Below, in pieces: positions 7,274-17,374 of a stretch of DNA of 24,154 bases. The stretch comes from a virus. Its lineage: Duplodnaviria; Heunggongvirae; Uroviricota; Caudoviricetes. The notes under the pieces are model-generated. The model searched no databases and had not been told where the DNA came from. It was given only the letters and a program-made list of their open reading frames with translations. The stretch's first letter is position 1; the number at the start of each line of letters is the position of its first letter. The stretch is taken from positions 1-24,154 of IMG/VR virus record IMGVR_UViG_648276670_000008, one strand, 5' to 3'. Both the position numbers and the translations under genes were made by a program.

Positions 7274-9262
7274 CAACGCATCAGACTTGGTACCCTGAGT
7301 CAGGGCGTTAATGGCCTTTTGCGCCTGCTGCATGGCTTTCTCAAACGCTGTTGATCCGCGTGGTGTGTTTGCCATTCGGAGCATTGCATTTCTGAATGGC
7401 TCGCTCTCATAGGCGCGAGTAAGAAGTCCGTAGCTTACCGCTGCGCCAGTTGTCGCCGGGTTCATTGCTGTCCCATACCCGATAATGAACGGGATGGTTT
7501 GCTGCCCTGTTGGTGTTGTTACTGCCGCTTTTGCAGCCTGCTGCGTGGATTGCAGGTAGTTTTTCAATCCTTTCAGATAAGCAGCGTCCTGCCCCTTAAA
7601 TGTGATGCCAGTCTGGTTTTGCAGGATGTTAAGCTGTAGAAGGAACTGATCAGGGGAACCACCTGATTTCTCCATCGCCTTTCCAATGATGCCATTGCGC
7701 ATTTGTGCCCTGCCAACACGACCAACTGAGTTATACAGCGTCTTAATTTCAGATTTGTTCTTGCTGAATAGCATGTTATTGACAACTTCCGGCGTCAGGT
7801 CGCCTTTCATGAGAACATTCTTCAGCCTGGTATTCTTTAGTTTCGCCGCTTCGTCAGCGTAGACGGCATTGGCCTGCTGATATTTACGGAGAGTATCGTT
7901 GCCAAGATTCTGACCAATGGCACCATTGATATCGTCGGTCATTGCCTTGTAAACGCGCTGAATTGCGGCATCGGAACGGTTTGGTAACACTGGTCGCTCA
8001 CCCTTCACGTCCATTCTGAACTGGCTGCGCAGATCGCTTAACTGCTTCAAATCCAGATTGACCGGACCATCAGGACCAACATTGCGAACAAGCTCATCAC
8101 GATATGACTGAAGTTTTGAAATCGTCTCATTATCAGCGACCTTACCAAGCTTCTGCAGGTTAGATATTTCTGTATCAATCTGCTGAATTGCTCGCGCAGG
8201 CTGAATGTTTACTCCAGCCATAGCATTCTGAACCTGCTCCAGTCGATTACCGGCAGCACGACGAATTCCTGATGTTTTCGCTTTAAGGCTGTCAATAACA
8301 ACTGCCGGATCGTACTCGCCGAATTTATCGGCAAATCTCTGCACCAACTGGCTTCTCGCTTCCTGTTGCGTTGCTCTCATTCCGCTTGTGCCAGCCAGAG
8401 GGATATTTTCCGCTGTCGTCTGCGCCATTTTACCGATGCGGGAAGTCGGTTGTAACAGGTCTGTGGTGTGCAGAGGCACGCCTTCACGCTCTGCAAACTT
8501 GATAGCCTGTTGCGCTTCGGGTGATATCGAACCACGAACACCACGATAAGCAGCACCTAATCCACGTCCGGCAGCGTTAATAGCACCGCCAGCCAACACA
8601 CCAACGCCTAAATCGGTGGCGAGTGCTTCCGCATCATCTTTCGCACTATTTGCAGCAAGTGATCCAACTGCGTTTTCTGCCAGAAGGCGAGTTGCCCCCT
8701 GAGCGATTCTACCAGCGAGTGTTGGTGCCTGTGTTGCCGCTCTCTCAATGCCAGCAGGAGTGAGGTAAGGCAATGCTTCAGCAAATACCCTTCCCTCTGT
8801 CGTTTGTGGAGTCAGCGCGCCTTGCTGAAGGCCAAAGTCCTGCTCTAATCCCTGCGTTGTTACTCGTGGCGCTGGTTGATATGTACCATCGCCAATGCCG
8901 AGTTTACCGCCAGCCCAAGCCGCCGCGCTTGTTACAGCATCGGCGACTGATGCAGGTATGTTTGCCACGTTCACGCCAGCCTGCACCAGTCCGCGACCAG
9001 TCTCTTTTACTGCTTCGCCAAGATCAGACATAAATCCACTTTGCTGTGGTTGTTGCTGTGCTACTGGTTGCTGTGTCTCCACTGGCTGCACAGATGGCAA
9101 TGGATAGGCAGCATAGAAAGCTTGCTTAGCCTGCTCTGCATTTTCTCCGGCTTGCGGGGCCACGACTTCATTGAAGTATTGCTCCTGAGCCTGCGCTTTT
9201 TGTTCTGGTGCTAACGCCTGATACTGTGGAGAGGCGATAACATCTTTCCATGCTTTAGCCAT
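7265..9262 (-). CDS. 16: Ejection (E) protein, P22 gp16-like
   Basis: 665-aa ORF in the position and order of P22 gene 16, with ATG overlapping the gene 20 stop (TAATG). Gly/Ala/Gln-rich composition typical of ejection proteins. Confidence 0.85.
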   Translation of the reverse strand: MAKAWKDVIASPQYQALAPEQKAQAQEQYFNEVVAPQAGENAEQAKQAFYAAYPLPSVQPVETQQPVAQQQPQQSGFMSDLGEAVKETGRGLVQAGVNVANIPASVADAVTSAAAWAGGKLGIGDGTYQPAPRVTTQGLEQDFGLQQGALTPQTTEGRVFAEALPYLTPAGIERAATQAPTLAGRIAQGATRLLAENAVGSLAANSAKDDAEALATDLGVGVLAGGAINAAGRGLGAAYRGVRGSISPEAQQAIKFAEREGVPLHTTDLLQPTSRIGKMAQTTAENIPLAGTSGMRATQQEARSQLVQRFADKFGEYDPAVVIDSLKAKTSGIRRAAGNRLEQVQNAMAGVNIQPARAIQQIDTEISNLQKLGKVADNETISKLQSYRDELVRNVGPDGPVNLDLKQLSDLRSQFRMDVKGERPVLPNRSDAAIQRVYKAMTDDINGAIGQNLGNDTLRKYQQANAVYADEAAKLKNTRLKNVLMKGDLTPEVVNNMLFSKNKSEIKTLYNSVGRVGRAQMRNGIIGKAMEKSGGSPDQFLLQLNILQNQTGITFKGQDAAYLKGLKNYLQSTQQAAKAAVTTPTGQQTIPFIIGYGTAMNPATTGAAVSYGLLTRAYESEPFRNAMLRMANTPRGSTAFEKAMQQAQKAINALTQGTKSDALSE

Positions 9263-10617
9263 TAATCACCCCATAGTGAAGAAAAGTTACTGCTGGCTGC
9301 TGGCTGTGATACCTGTGCAGGTTGAGATTGCTGCCGCTGAGATTTACCAACATTAACGTTATATTGTTGGTTGTAATTGTTGGTGTATTCCTGAATCTCA
9401 CGAATCGACTGCTGCATAGCCTCCGGGCTTGAATAGTCAACCTGCGGCATCCCCTGAAAATACATCTTCGCTTCTGCAACGGTGTTAATACCACTGGCAC
9501 CCATGTCCCTTGCTGCCGCCACACCCTGATTCTGCATTCTGCCCTGAATCCGTTGTGCTGAGTTATATAACTGGCGCTGCTCTTTTCCTGTTAATCGGCT
9601 GCGAACATCAGCACCAATTGCTGGATTACCTGCACCGCCTGTCATTCCTGTCATGAAATCTAGAGCAGAAGCGTCTGCATTTGCGATCGCGTCGATATCC
9701 TTCTTCATGGCATAGTTTTGTGCTGATGCAGACGATGTTGCAGGCGCTGCGATTGAACTGGCAGGAACGCGAACCATATTCCCCTCGTTGTCGATGCCTT
9801 CGTAGAACGCATTAGCCCCAGCGCCATGAAGCTTCCCGCCGACAGTTACAGTTCTGCCATCTGATAACTGAACTGTACGCTCATCATTCCCAGCAGTTCC
9901 TCTTGTTGACGATCGCTGCATTGCCAAATCCTGACCGCGCATCGTGATGTTCTGACCACGCGCTGTTAGTGCTTCTCCAGCCTGATTGCTGCGGATTGTC
10001 TCTGCCAGTCTGCCTCGGTCAATCTCACGACCCGCCATCTTGTCCTGAACATTGAAGTAGTCAATCGGACCGAGAGCAGCCATTCCAAGGTGATCAACAA
10101 ACTCACCAAATCCTGAAGGGTTCTGCTGATACATCTGAGCAACGCTGTTAGGGTCAACACCGACGCGAGTCAGTTCCTTGGCGTTGTTTTGCAGCCATGA
10201 TTGCATTGCTTCTGGAGATGAGGCAGCAAGGCGTGCGCCAGCAGCTAAGGTGCCGATAGAATTGCGCTGGTCTTCATCAATGAATCCCATGCCTTTGCGA
10301 ACAGATTCAATCTGGTCTGGATATTGAGTAGCTAACTGACGCAAAGCACCGCGATCACCAGACGCATAAGCATTAGCGTATGCCTGCTGAAATTCTTTCT
10401 GCCGCTGAGCCTGCTTTTCCTGCTGAAACACCCCCGCAATACCTGAAAGGCCTTGCAAAGCAGTCAGCCCAACATTGTTAGCGCCTGAACGCTCAATATC
10501 ATTGTTCTGCCTGATAAGCTGAAGCGTATTGCCGATGTCATTTACGTTCGGAGCGTTTGAGTTGACACCACCGATACCAGCCAACAATCCGCCATTTTTT
10601 CCTTGCCAAGTAGCCAT
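9262..10617 (-). CDS. 20: Ejection (E) protein, P22 gp20-like
   Basis: 451-aa ORF with ATG start, at the syntenic position between the gene 7 and gene 16 homologues. Confidence 0.85.
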   Translation of the reverse strand: MATWQGKNGGLLAGIGGVNSNAPNVNDIGNTLQLIRQNNDIERSGANNVGLTALQGLSGIAGVFQQEKQAQRQKEFQQAYANAYASGDRGALRQLATQYPDQIESVRKGMGFIDEDQRNSIGTLAAGARLAASSPEAMQSWLQNNAKELTRVGVDPNSVAQMYQQNPSGFGEFVDHLGMAALGPIDYFNVQDKMAGREIDRGRLAETIRSNQAGEALTARGQNITMRGQDLAMQRSSTRGTAGNDERTVQLSDGRTVTVGGKLHGAGANAFYEGIDNEGNMVRVPASSIAAPATSSASAQNYAMKKDIDAIANADASALDFMTGMTGGAGNPAIGADVRSRLTGKEQRQLYNSAQRIQGRMQNQGVAAARDMGASGINTVAEAKMYFQGMPQVDYSSPEAMQQSIREIQEYTNNYNQQYNVNVGKSQRQQSQPAQVSQPAASSNFSSLWGD

Positions 10618-10626
10618 GATTACCCC

Positions 10627-11322
10627 TTAAAACAACGATCCAAGCAGGCCAAGTCCGCCGCCAATTGCCGCACCTAATCCAGTGCCAAGTCCTGGAACAA
10701 TAGAGCCAAGAGCAGCGCCAGTCATAGCCCCTGAAGCTCCGCCGCTAATTGCTGTCTGAAGACCTGATGGTTTATTGGCGTTAGCAGCGGCAAGTGCTGC
10801 GCTTTGCTGTGCAATGCTGCTCATGTTGTTGGCGTACGTCTGCCCGGCGTTTGCCTGACCTTGCAGAGCACCAAGCCCAACGTTTGCCAGATTGTTGTAA
10901 TTGCTCATCTGGTTTGATAACCAAGACTGACCGAGAGTCGGCGCGATCGTAGCCAGTTGATTGCTTGTGGCTGTCGAACCAAGTCCTCCCGTAGCCTCCG
11001 CAGCAGCAAGACTCTGGTAACGAGCCTGGCCTGCAAGGTCTTTATACTGCTGAGAGTTGTAATACTGATTAAGTACCTGACCCTGTCCTTCTAAACTGGA
11101 AAGGTTCTGAAGCTGGTTAACATACTGCTCCGCAAGAGGCGTGAACTGAGCAAGGTTTTTCATGATCGTCTGCCACTGCTGATTTTGCAGGTCTGCGGCA
11201 TACTTCTGAGCTTCTGCTGCATACTTTGCGCTTTTATCAGAGCTACCACCTTTCCCGCCTTTTTCATGGCAATAAGGTTCCTCGCCGCGCAGTTTTCTGC
11301 CCAGCTTAAATGCATATAACAT
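10627..11322 (-). CDS. 7: Ejection (E) protein, P22 gp7-like
   Basis: 231-aa ORF whose N-terminus (MLYAFKLGRKLRGEEP…KGGKGG) resembles P22 gp7; syntenic position. Confidence 0.75.
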   Translation of the reverse strand: MLYAFKLGRKLRGEEPYCHEKGGKGGSSDKSAKYAAEAQKYAADLQNQQWQTIMKNLAQFTPLAEQYVNQLQNLSSLEGQGQVLNQYYNSQQYKDLAGQARYQSLAAAEATGGLGSTATSNQLATIAPTLGQSWLSNQMSNYNNLANVGLGALQGQANAGQTYANNMSSIAQQSAALAAANANKPSGLQTAISGGASGAMTGAALGSIVPGLGTGLGAAIGGGLGLLGSLF

Positions 11323-11324
11323 GG

Positions 11325-11780
11325 CTATCTCCCGTGATTCAGGAAGTCGATTAGTTCTTCGCGTGTAGCACTGTAAAATGTCACGTCATCCACGCCTTTG
11401 AAGTATTTCTTGATGGTTCCTACACGCTTAAGGCCAATCATTGCGCAGTACATCTGCCCGTGGCGGAATTTGCGTGCGGCGAACGATGTGACGCACTGAA
11501 CGGTGGTGTTAGTCAGAATGTATCGCCAGAACGCCAGACCGATTTCCTTGCTGAATCCACGAACCTCTGGCAGGTACATGGCGTGGCAATCGAATGTAAG
11601 CGGCTGAATCTCCTGATAGTAAACAATGCCGCCGAACTGCCCGTGCACGTTCACCTCGAAGTAACGGCATTCAGGCTTGTAGTCGTATCCATCACCGTTG
11701 TTGCTCCCGGCGATAATGTCGGGGTGATTTCCCACGGCTTCTATCAGGTCGATGTTTCGCGTTGGTTTGAACTGAATCAT
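11325..11780 (-). CDS. 14: P22 gp14-like virion assembly protein (assignment by position)
   Basis: ORF between the needle and gene 7 homologues. The ORF-track start at 11783 is GTG; the ATG at 11780 overlaps the needle stop. I cannot confirm the sequence against P22 gp14 from memory. Confidence 0.5.
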   Translation of the reverse strand: MIQFKPTRNIDLIEAVGNHPDIIAGSNNGDGYDYKPECRYFEVNVHGQFGGIVYYQEIQPLTFDCHAMYLPEVRGFSKEIGLAFWRYILTNTTVQCVTSFAARKFRHGQMYCAMIGLKRVGTIKKYFKGVDDVTFYSATREELIDFLNHGR

Positions 11781-12628
11781 CACTGCTCCGCGATTATCTT
11801 GATGGTTGTGGCAGTAAACGCCGCACCATTCGACTGAATGGTTAACGTACTGCCATTTGTGGCAAGAAAGCCGTCTTTATCCACGCTGAAGAACGTAGCT
11901 AACAATATGTTATCGGTTGTTGTCGCCGAGTTACGACTGCTTACCAGTGTGTCAGGAACAGAGCCGGAAAAAGTTAGCTGCATTGACCTGTTGGCGGTTC
12001 CGCTGGGCCACGTCCCGACGATCGACAGCTTGAAGAACAAGGTTTTGTTCTCGTTGAACACAACCATCTTGTTGTTAACGGTGTCGAAGAATGGTGCCAA
12101 CGTGCCGGATGACGGCGTGAGCGTTTTCAGCAGGCTAACAAGGTTGGTCGGCGCTGTCGGGATGGTTACAGATACGCCAGAGTAAACAACCTCTGACTTC
12201 TTGCGCGTAGTGGCATACTCAAGAGCATCGATGCGCGTTTCATGGTCTGAAAGCGTGTTTTGAATGGCGACAACTTCATCCGTCAGATAATCAATATCGT
12301 TTTCTGCTGTCGTTAATCGTGAATCAAGGCCGACTATCGCCGCTTCTGCGTTAGTGATCCTTGTTTCGTGGTCCTGAATCTTCGCTTCAGCTGATGCCAG
12401 TCGAATTTCGTGATCGACCAGAATCACATCCTGCTCATCGTTCCTGACCTGTGCATCATAAGCGCCCTGTCCGGCCTCGTTGGCCTTGTTAGCCACGTTA
12501 CCAACATCAGTACCCTGTGCAATAACGTACAGCAGATATGACTGCGAGAAGATATTGCGTGGAAGGACTGATGTGTCGAGCCGTGCAGCCTGAACAATAA
12601 CAGGTGTATTGAGATTCGAATCCGCCAT
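11780..12628 (-). CDS. 26: Tail needle (gp26 homologue) with Sf6-type C-terminal knob domain
   Basis: 282-aa ORF. The N-terminal ~60 aa match the P22 gp26 N-terminus (MAD…[22 protein letters not shown]…[10 protein letters not shown]). The C-terminal ~130 aa are a beta-rich, non-coiled-coil sequence; length and layout fit the Sf6-type knobbed needle rather than the 233-aa P22 needle. Confidence 0.85.
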   Translation of the reverse strand: MADSNLNTPVIVQAARLDTSVLPRNIFSQSYLLYVIAQGTDVGNVANKANEAGQGAYDAQVRNDEQDVILVDHEIRLASAEAKIQDHETRITNAEAAIVGLDSRLTTAENDIDYLTDEVVAIQNTLSDHETRIDALEYATTRKKSEVVYSGVSVTIPTAPTNLVSLLKTLTPSSGTLAPFFDTVNNKMVVFNENKTLFFKLSIVGTWPSGTANRSMQLTFSGSVPDTLVSSRNSATTTDNILLATFFSVDKDGFLATNGSTLTIQSNGAAFTATTIKIIAEQ

Positions 12629-14046
12629 TACTCAATCCTTATCTGAGCGCCAGACAGAGTGACAGGTGACTTCGTGATAACGCGCAATTTGAAGCCGACA
12701 TTTTTCCTGATGCGCCCTACTCGCTTCCACAAAACACGCTTGTCGTAAACGAACGGTTCATTCTGTTCAATCATCTGCTCACGACCGTAATTGATGCCGT
12801 CAGTGGTTGCTGAGAGGAACAGGCGGTCGGCGTACTGTGCAACGCCAGTTGACGATTCAACCTCAAGGTCGAAAACTCTGGCGTTATCCGCTTTGAACAG
12901 TGGAGTAAACAGCAGGTGTTCCTGTTGCTTGTCGTACTGGCTACTGATATCGAATTGCAATTTCCCGGTCACGGACTCCAGCTTATCGCCGCACGTTATC
13001 TGATTGCCTTCGTAAATGAAGTCGATAGCGCGGTACACATCGTCATACAGGCCTGTTTTCAGTACACACCATTGCGGACCATTGGCACTTGAAGATGCGT
13101 CGTACACGAGGACATGACGCGGAAGATGGATAATCAGCAACTCATGCGCATCAAACCGCAACGATTCCATCACGCCATCAGCCAGTTCATCAGCAGTGTA
13201 GGAGCGTAGTATTTTCTCAATGCTCGCGCTGGCGATTGGTGATACCTGACCGGAGCCGATGATGTATACAGACGGCGCACCCGTTGCCGGATTGCTGATG
13301 AACGCATAAGAATCAGCGAATGGCGTTTTGCAGTAAGTCCCGGCAATGCCTTTCTGCACCATAAGAGATGGCTGTGCGACATACAAAGCGGCACCAACAG
13401 TGGTTGCGCCCGTCAGGGAGAAATATTCAATCGTCGATGAACCAAAGCAGACGATGAAGTCTCGCCATGTGCCGATGCCGATGATGCCGTCCGGCTGAGA
13501 CTCGGCACGATATTGTGCGCTGTAACGGTCAGGATGCGATTCATCTTCAAGGTCAGTGATAAACCATGAATCAGTGCCGTCTTTTGACCACGCATAACGC
13601 CCGCGTAAGCGCGTAATGTCACGAACAGAACCTAACTCATACTGCGTGAATCCGCTGTCTGTAGGCCAGTTTGAGACTGTTTTAACCGTGCCATCATAAC
13701 GATACTCGACCAGTTGACCATTAACGCCTACCGCCTGTGATGTCCGACCATGCGCCATTGATACACGACCACTTCCGGCGACATCACCGACTTCACTTTC
13801 GCCTTTGTAAAGCTTCCCACCACACACGCGATAAACAGCATTCTGCGCCATGTTGTACTCGACACCGCGCGATATACCGTTCACATCAGAACGTTTGGCA
13901 ATACCCGGGAATGAGCGAAGATATCCGCTGCTGTTAAGGATTTCTTTGGGTGTAGCCAGCATATTCACTGGCAGATAGTCGATATAGTCGGCGTTTCTGA
14001 AGTCTTTGCCGACACCTTTCATAAGCGGAAGTTGCTGAATCGGCAT
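12628..14046 (-). CDS. 10: Tail hub/nozzle protein, P22 gp10 homologue
   Basis: 472-aa ORF matching P22 gp10 over the full length as I remember it ([11 protein letters not shown]…), with the same length. ATG overlaps the gene 4 stop. Confidence 0.9.
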   Translation of the reverse strand: MPIQQLPLMKGVGKDFRNADYIDYLPVNMLATPKEILNSSGYLRSFPGIAKRSDVNGISRGVEYNMAQNAVYRVCGGKLYKGESEVGDVAGSGRVSMAHGRTSQAVGVNGQLVEYRYDGTVKTVSNWPTDSGFTQYELGSVRDITRLRGRYAWSKDGTDSWFITDLEDESHPDRYSAQYRAESQPDGIIGIGTWRDFIVCFGSSTIEYFSLTGATTVGAALYVAQPSLMVQKGIAGTYCKTPFADSYAFISNPATGAPSVYIIGSGQVSPIASASIEKILRSYTADELADGVMESLRFDAHELLIIHLPRHVLVYDASSSANGPQWCVLKTGLYDDVYRAIDFIYEGNQITCGDKLESVTGKLQFDISSQYDKQQEHLLFTPLFKADNARVFDLEVESSTGVAQYADRLFLSATTDGINYGREQMIEQNEPFVYDKRVLWKRVGRIRKNVGFKLRVITKSPVTLSGAQIRIE

Positions 14047-14546
14047 TATTCGCTCCCGTTATCGCAAGGTTCCTTTCGGTGGAAGTAATTCCAACCGTTC
14101 CACTTCGCCAACTGGTTACCGCTACCAACAGGCATACGGTTTGGATAACCGGACTTACATTTAGCGGCTTTTGCTCTGTCCATTGCAGACAGTTTGACGA
14201 GTCGCTCTTTCCCGTATCTGGCAGTGGTTATAAGTTTTGCAGACGCTTCCAGCGCATAATCTGGAGCAATGCGGCAGGCAAGGTTGAAAATGACGGCATT
14301 AATAGCGTTATTTGATAAGCCGTGCTCATCGCCCGGATCCGGAGCAACATCTGCATCAGCAAAAATGTAGCCAACGTTGATACCAGGTGACGCATCACCG
14401 CCAAGCCATTCAGCCATCATCATTTCAAGGTCGTTAACGCCGTCTTCCATAGACTGCGGTTCGACATCGGTTAACGTGGCATTTGATGCCACACCGAGCT
14501 TACGTAATGCCGCAAGAACTAAATCACCCTTCGTTGTCAGGTTCAT
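14046..14546 (-). CDS. 4: Head-to-tail adaptor, P22 gp4 homologue
   Basis: The ORF-track start at 14606 is TTG. The ATG at 14546 gives 166 aa ([21 protein letters not shown]…), matching the P22 gp4 N-terminus and length. Confidence 0.9.
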   Translation of the reverse strand: MNLTTKGDLVLAALRKLGVASNATLTDVEPQSMEDGVNDLEMMMAEWLGGDASPGINVGYIFADADVAPDPGDEHGLSNNAINAVIFNLACRIAPDYALEASAKLITTARYGKERLVKLSAMDRAKAAKCKSGYPNRMPVGSGNQLAKWNGWNYFHRKEPCDNGSE

Positions 14547-15111
14547 CTGCTGCCGCCTTAGGTTTTCGACCAGGCTTTTTACGCTGTTTTTCTTCTGGCT
14601 CTGCAATGGCCGGACGCAAACTCAGGAGTCGTCCAAGAACATCATTTGCTTCATGACCATCCCACTCTTTCCCGAACTCAAGCTCAGTACCTTCAGGAAG
14701 GAACTCGATTTCTTCAACAGGTAGGTGATAAGTGATTTCGCCTTCTGGAGTGGTGATACCAGCAATAATCCAGCCATCCCACTCTTCACCGTCACTGTGT
14801 TTGCGAGACCACCACGAAAGCTCAGCGTAAGCATGCATCAGCGATGAGAAGAGGCGCACTCGGTGAGCGTAAAGCTCGTTAAAAGTGTGATAACCGTCGG
14901 ACACTTCGCCCATATCAACTGGGGAAGTTTCACCTACGCCAACACTCCCAATTTGATCACCAACAAGAGGATCATCAGGAACATCGTCAGGGTGCTTATA
15001 CCAGCCATTTGCTAAGTGCACAGCTACATCATCAGGATCAACGGTTTTCGTTTTCAGCTTGCGCCCCCATATTTTGGTATCTCCGCCAGCCTGAAAAATC
15101 ATTACGCTCAT
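14524..15111 (-). CDS. Hypothetical acidic protein between coat and gp4 genes (position of Sf6 gene 6)
   Basis: The ORF-track start at 15291 is TTG and overlaps the coat gene, so I reject it. The internal ATG at 15111 has a GGAGAT Shine-Dalgarno and sits just downstream of an intrinsic terminator. 195 aa, acidic, with a basic Lys/Arg/Pro-rich tail. No recognisable family. Confidence 0.6.
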   Translation of the reverse strand: MSVMIFQAGGDTKIWGRKLKTKTVDPDDVAVHLANGWYKHPDDVPDDPLVGDQIGSVGVGETSPVDMGEVSDGYHTFNELYAHRVRLFSSLMHAYAELSWWSRKHSDGEEWDGWIIAGITTPEGEITYHLPVEEIEFLPEGTELEFGKEWDGHEANDVLGRLLSLRPAIAEPEEKQRKKPGRKPKAAADEPDNEG

Positions 15112-15122
15112 TGGTATCTCCA

Positions 15123-15150
15123 ATAGAAAAGGGAGCCGAAGCTCCCTCTG
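15123..15150 (-). terminator. Intrinsic terminator immediately after the coat gene
   Basis: On the minus-strand transcript: GGGAGC-UUCG-GCUCCC (6-bp GC stem, UUCG tetraloop) followed by UUUUCUAUU. It lies between the coat stop (15155) and the start of the next ORF (15111). Confidence 0.6.
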
Positions 15151-15154
15151 GTTA

Positions 15155-16450
15155 TCACGCGGTCTGGTTAGGCAGACCAACACCAATTGCCTCTGGTCGT
15201 ACAGCACATGCTGAATACCACACAGCAATACGGCACTTACCAGACAGAGTGTTGATATCACCCTGCGTTGCGAAGATGCCGTTAACACCAATACCAGGAA
15301 TGCTGAAGGAAGACGTTTTCATGCCAGCAAACAGTTCATGGGTTACCGGGATCGGCTGAGACAGCAGACGGATTGAGTCATCAGCCCAGAACACGTTAGC
15401 GGTGGTCGTTGCCACGTTCAGAACGTTTACCGGAGTGGTATCAGCAAGAGAGGTGTTTACGTTAGCGTAAGCCTTCTCTTCTTTTGTCAGTGAAGCGTCA
15501 TCAAGCGCAATCGGCTTCGGCGTGATTTCGATGTGAGTACCATCGATCACACGGGTGATTGAGAAAGTCGCGTCATCAGTCAGCACGTTCTTCGCCATCT
15601 GAGACAGGAATTTCACGCCAGTGAAGCTGATTTTGTCGCCGCGCTTAAATCCGGTGGTGGAGGATACGGTCACCGTTGCAACACGGTTGTCGACGTTCTC
15701 TTTGTTACCATCGGTATCAAGAGTGTATGCCTGCGGCTTAAACTTCTGCGCACCAGAAACAGTTACACCAGTAGCGGTTGACTTGGTAACTGCCGGAAGT
15801 TTAGGTGAGCGAAGAATTTCATCAAAGCCAGCAATCTGACGCTGAATAGTACCGTTGCGATACGCTTCTTCAGGAACTCGCCCGAAGATGTCGCCATCTA
15901 CCAGGTTGCGGCCTGCTTTGCGGTAATCGTCAGGGTTCAGGAAGTAACTGATGCCCATATCGCGGTTTAGCTCACGGGAGAACATCAGGCGCTCTGCATC
16001 AGACACAAAATCCCAGCCAGACAGGCCAGTAGATGGACCAATTGCGCGGGTATCGTGAACAACAAGCGAGCCCATTTCAGTTGCCTGTTTGGCAATCGCT
16101 GACTCAATGTTATTCGCCAGTTTTTTGGCGGATGCCTGGATGCGGCGACGGTAAGAACGCTCATCACGCAGGTCATCTGCACGAAGCTCGAAGAAATCGT
16201 TATCCGGATCGCCCATGTTGCACTTCACGGAGAGTTCCAGAATCCCGGTTGCGTTGCCAGTTAAATCCCAGCCAGTCTGGGTTGGCGCTTCCTGCTCAAC
16301 AGGCATCCACACGGTGTTGCTTGAACGCTGCATGGATTCTGCCGGAGGGGTGTATTTTGTCACTTTGGACGCCATTGGCGTCAGGTTCTGGACGGTTTCG
16401 ATGATTTCATCCAGAGCATACGTGACCAGTTGACCTTCATTTAATGCCAT
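15155..16450 (-). CDS. 5: Major coat protein, P22 gp5 homologue
   Basis: 431-aa ORF matching P22 coat protein across the full length as I remember it (MALNEGQ…GLPNQTA). ATG overlaps the scaffold stop. Confidence 0.95.
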   Translation of the reverse strand: MALNEGQLVTYALDEIIETVQNLTPMASKVTKYTPPAESMQRSSNTVWMPVEQEAPTQTGWDLTGNATGILELSVKCNMGDPDNDFFELRADDLRDERSYRRRIQASAKKLANNIESAIAKQATEMGSLVVHDTRAIGPSTGLSGWDFVSDAERLMFSRELNRDMGISYFLNPDDYRKAGRNLVDGDIFGRVPEEAYRNGTIQRQIAGFDEILRSPKLPAVTKSTATGVTVSGAQKFKPQAYTLDTDGNKENVDNRVATVTVSSTTGFKRGDKISFTGVKFLSQMAKNVLTDDATFSITRVIDGTHIEITPKPIALDDASLTKEEKAYANVNTSLADTTPVNVLNVATTTANVFWADDSIRLLSQPIPVTHELFAGMKTSSFSIPGIGVNGIFATQGDINTLSGKCRIAVWYSACAVRPEAIGVGLPNQTA

Positions 16451-17361
16451 TATCGAATTCCTTTATTCAGTTGCGCCTTAAGCTTGCGGTATGTCTCTAC
16501 ATCCCCTTTGTTTGCTGCCGCTTCCATCTGCTTTTCAATCGCAGATATATTTGCAGCAACAGCGTGTCCCTGAATGGGTTCATCAGGTAGCGGGGCTTCT
16601 GAAACAGGTTTGGCTCGAGGCTTGAGAGTTAAACGTTCTGACAGTCGAGTGAGTTCAATCAGCGCGGATTGCCCGTCCATCGCCAGCAACTGGCGTGTTT
16701 TCTCAGGATTAGCACCAAGGTGATACATGAGAGCAGCGGATTTCTCCGGGAAGAGGCGCATGATGTCGGCACCGACTGCTGGCGTCACCAGTTGCATGAA
16801 TGCATCCTCTTTCTCCTGATAGTCAGGGATATTGAGCTTTTCCGCTGCGTCGTAGTGCTTACGGGCTGCCTCGACGTATTGCGCTGATTGCTGGGTGAAC
16901 TCCTGAGTTTTGCGACCCTGCTCGGCGACAGCCTGGCTTCGTGCATCCATAGCCTTGATCTGCCATTCACTGTTTGCCTGCTGGAAGGCAGCCAGTGCGC
17001 GGCTCTGGTCATAGTCGTACTTAGCCAGTGCGTCTTCGGAAAGATAATCGTTAGGGTCTGGTTGTTTTGGTAACTCAGGGTTCACCCGCAGGTGCTCCGG
17101 CAACTCTCCCCGCTTAACCGCTTCCATCTGTTGCTCAAGCTCACGCTGGCGTTTGCGTTCGATGCGGCGACGGGCAAATTCAGCATTAGTTGCCGGGTCT
17201 TGTTTTGGTTTCTCATCGTCTTTCAGGACAATCTCGAAGCCTTCTTCCTGACCTGCGTTGTCGTTGGCATTATCGACAACTAAGCCATCAGCAGATGCCG
17301 CTGCATGATTGCCGGGCAGGGTTAATTCTTCAGAAGCCTGAATGTCGGTGGTTTGGTCCAT
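16450..17361 (-). CDS. 8: Scaffolding protein, P22 gp8 homologue
   Basis: 303-aa ORF, same length as P22 gp8, with the conserved C-terminal coat-binding region (…[11 protein letters not shown]…). Confidence 0.95.
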   Translation of the reverse strand: MDQTTDIQASEELTLPGNHAAASADGLVVDNANDNAGQEEGFEIVLKDDEKPKQDPATNAEFARRRIERKRQRELEQQMEAVKRGELPEHLRVNPELPKQPDPNDYLSEDALAKYDYDQSRALAAFQQANSEWQIKAMDARSQAVAEQGRKTQEFTQQSAQYVEAARKHYDAAEKLNIPDYQEKEDAFMQLVTPAVGADIMRLFPEKSAALMYHLGANPEKTRQLLAMDGQSALIELTRLSERLTLKPRAKPVSEAPLPDEPIQGHAVAANISAIEKQMEAAANKGDVETYRKLKAQLNKGIR

Positions 17362-17374
17362 GATTAACTCTCTC

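Noticed and set aside
11460-12185. Plus-strand ORFs of 125 and 115 aa antisense to the gp14 and needle genes
   Set aside because: They lie entirely inside well-supported minus-strand genes, with no Shine-Dalgarno or family resemblance; typical shadow ORFs.
14046-14606. ORF-track start of gene 4 at 14606 (186 aa)
   Set aside because: The start is TTG; the ATG at 14546 reproduces the P22 gp4 N-terminus and 166-aa length.
14524-15291. ORF-track version of the post-coat ORF starting at 15291 (255 aa)
   Set aside because: The start is TTG and the first 60 codons overlap the coat gene and the terminator hairpin. The internal ATG at 15111 with a Shine-Dalgarno is the credible start.
16033-16433. 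Plus-strand ORFs (123 and 72 aa) inside the coat gene
   Set aside because: Antisense shadow ORFs within a confidently identified gene; Arg/Pro/Ser-rich low-complexity translation.
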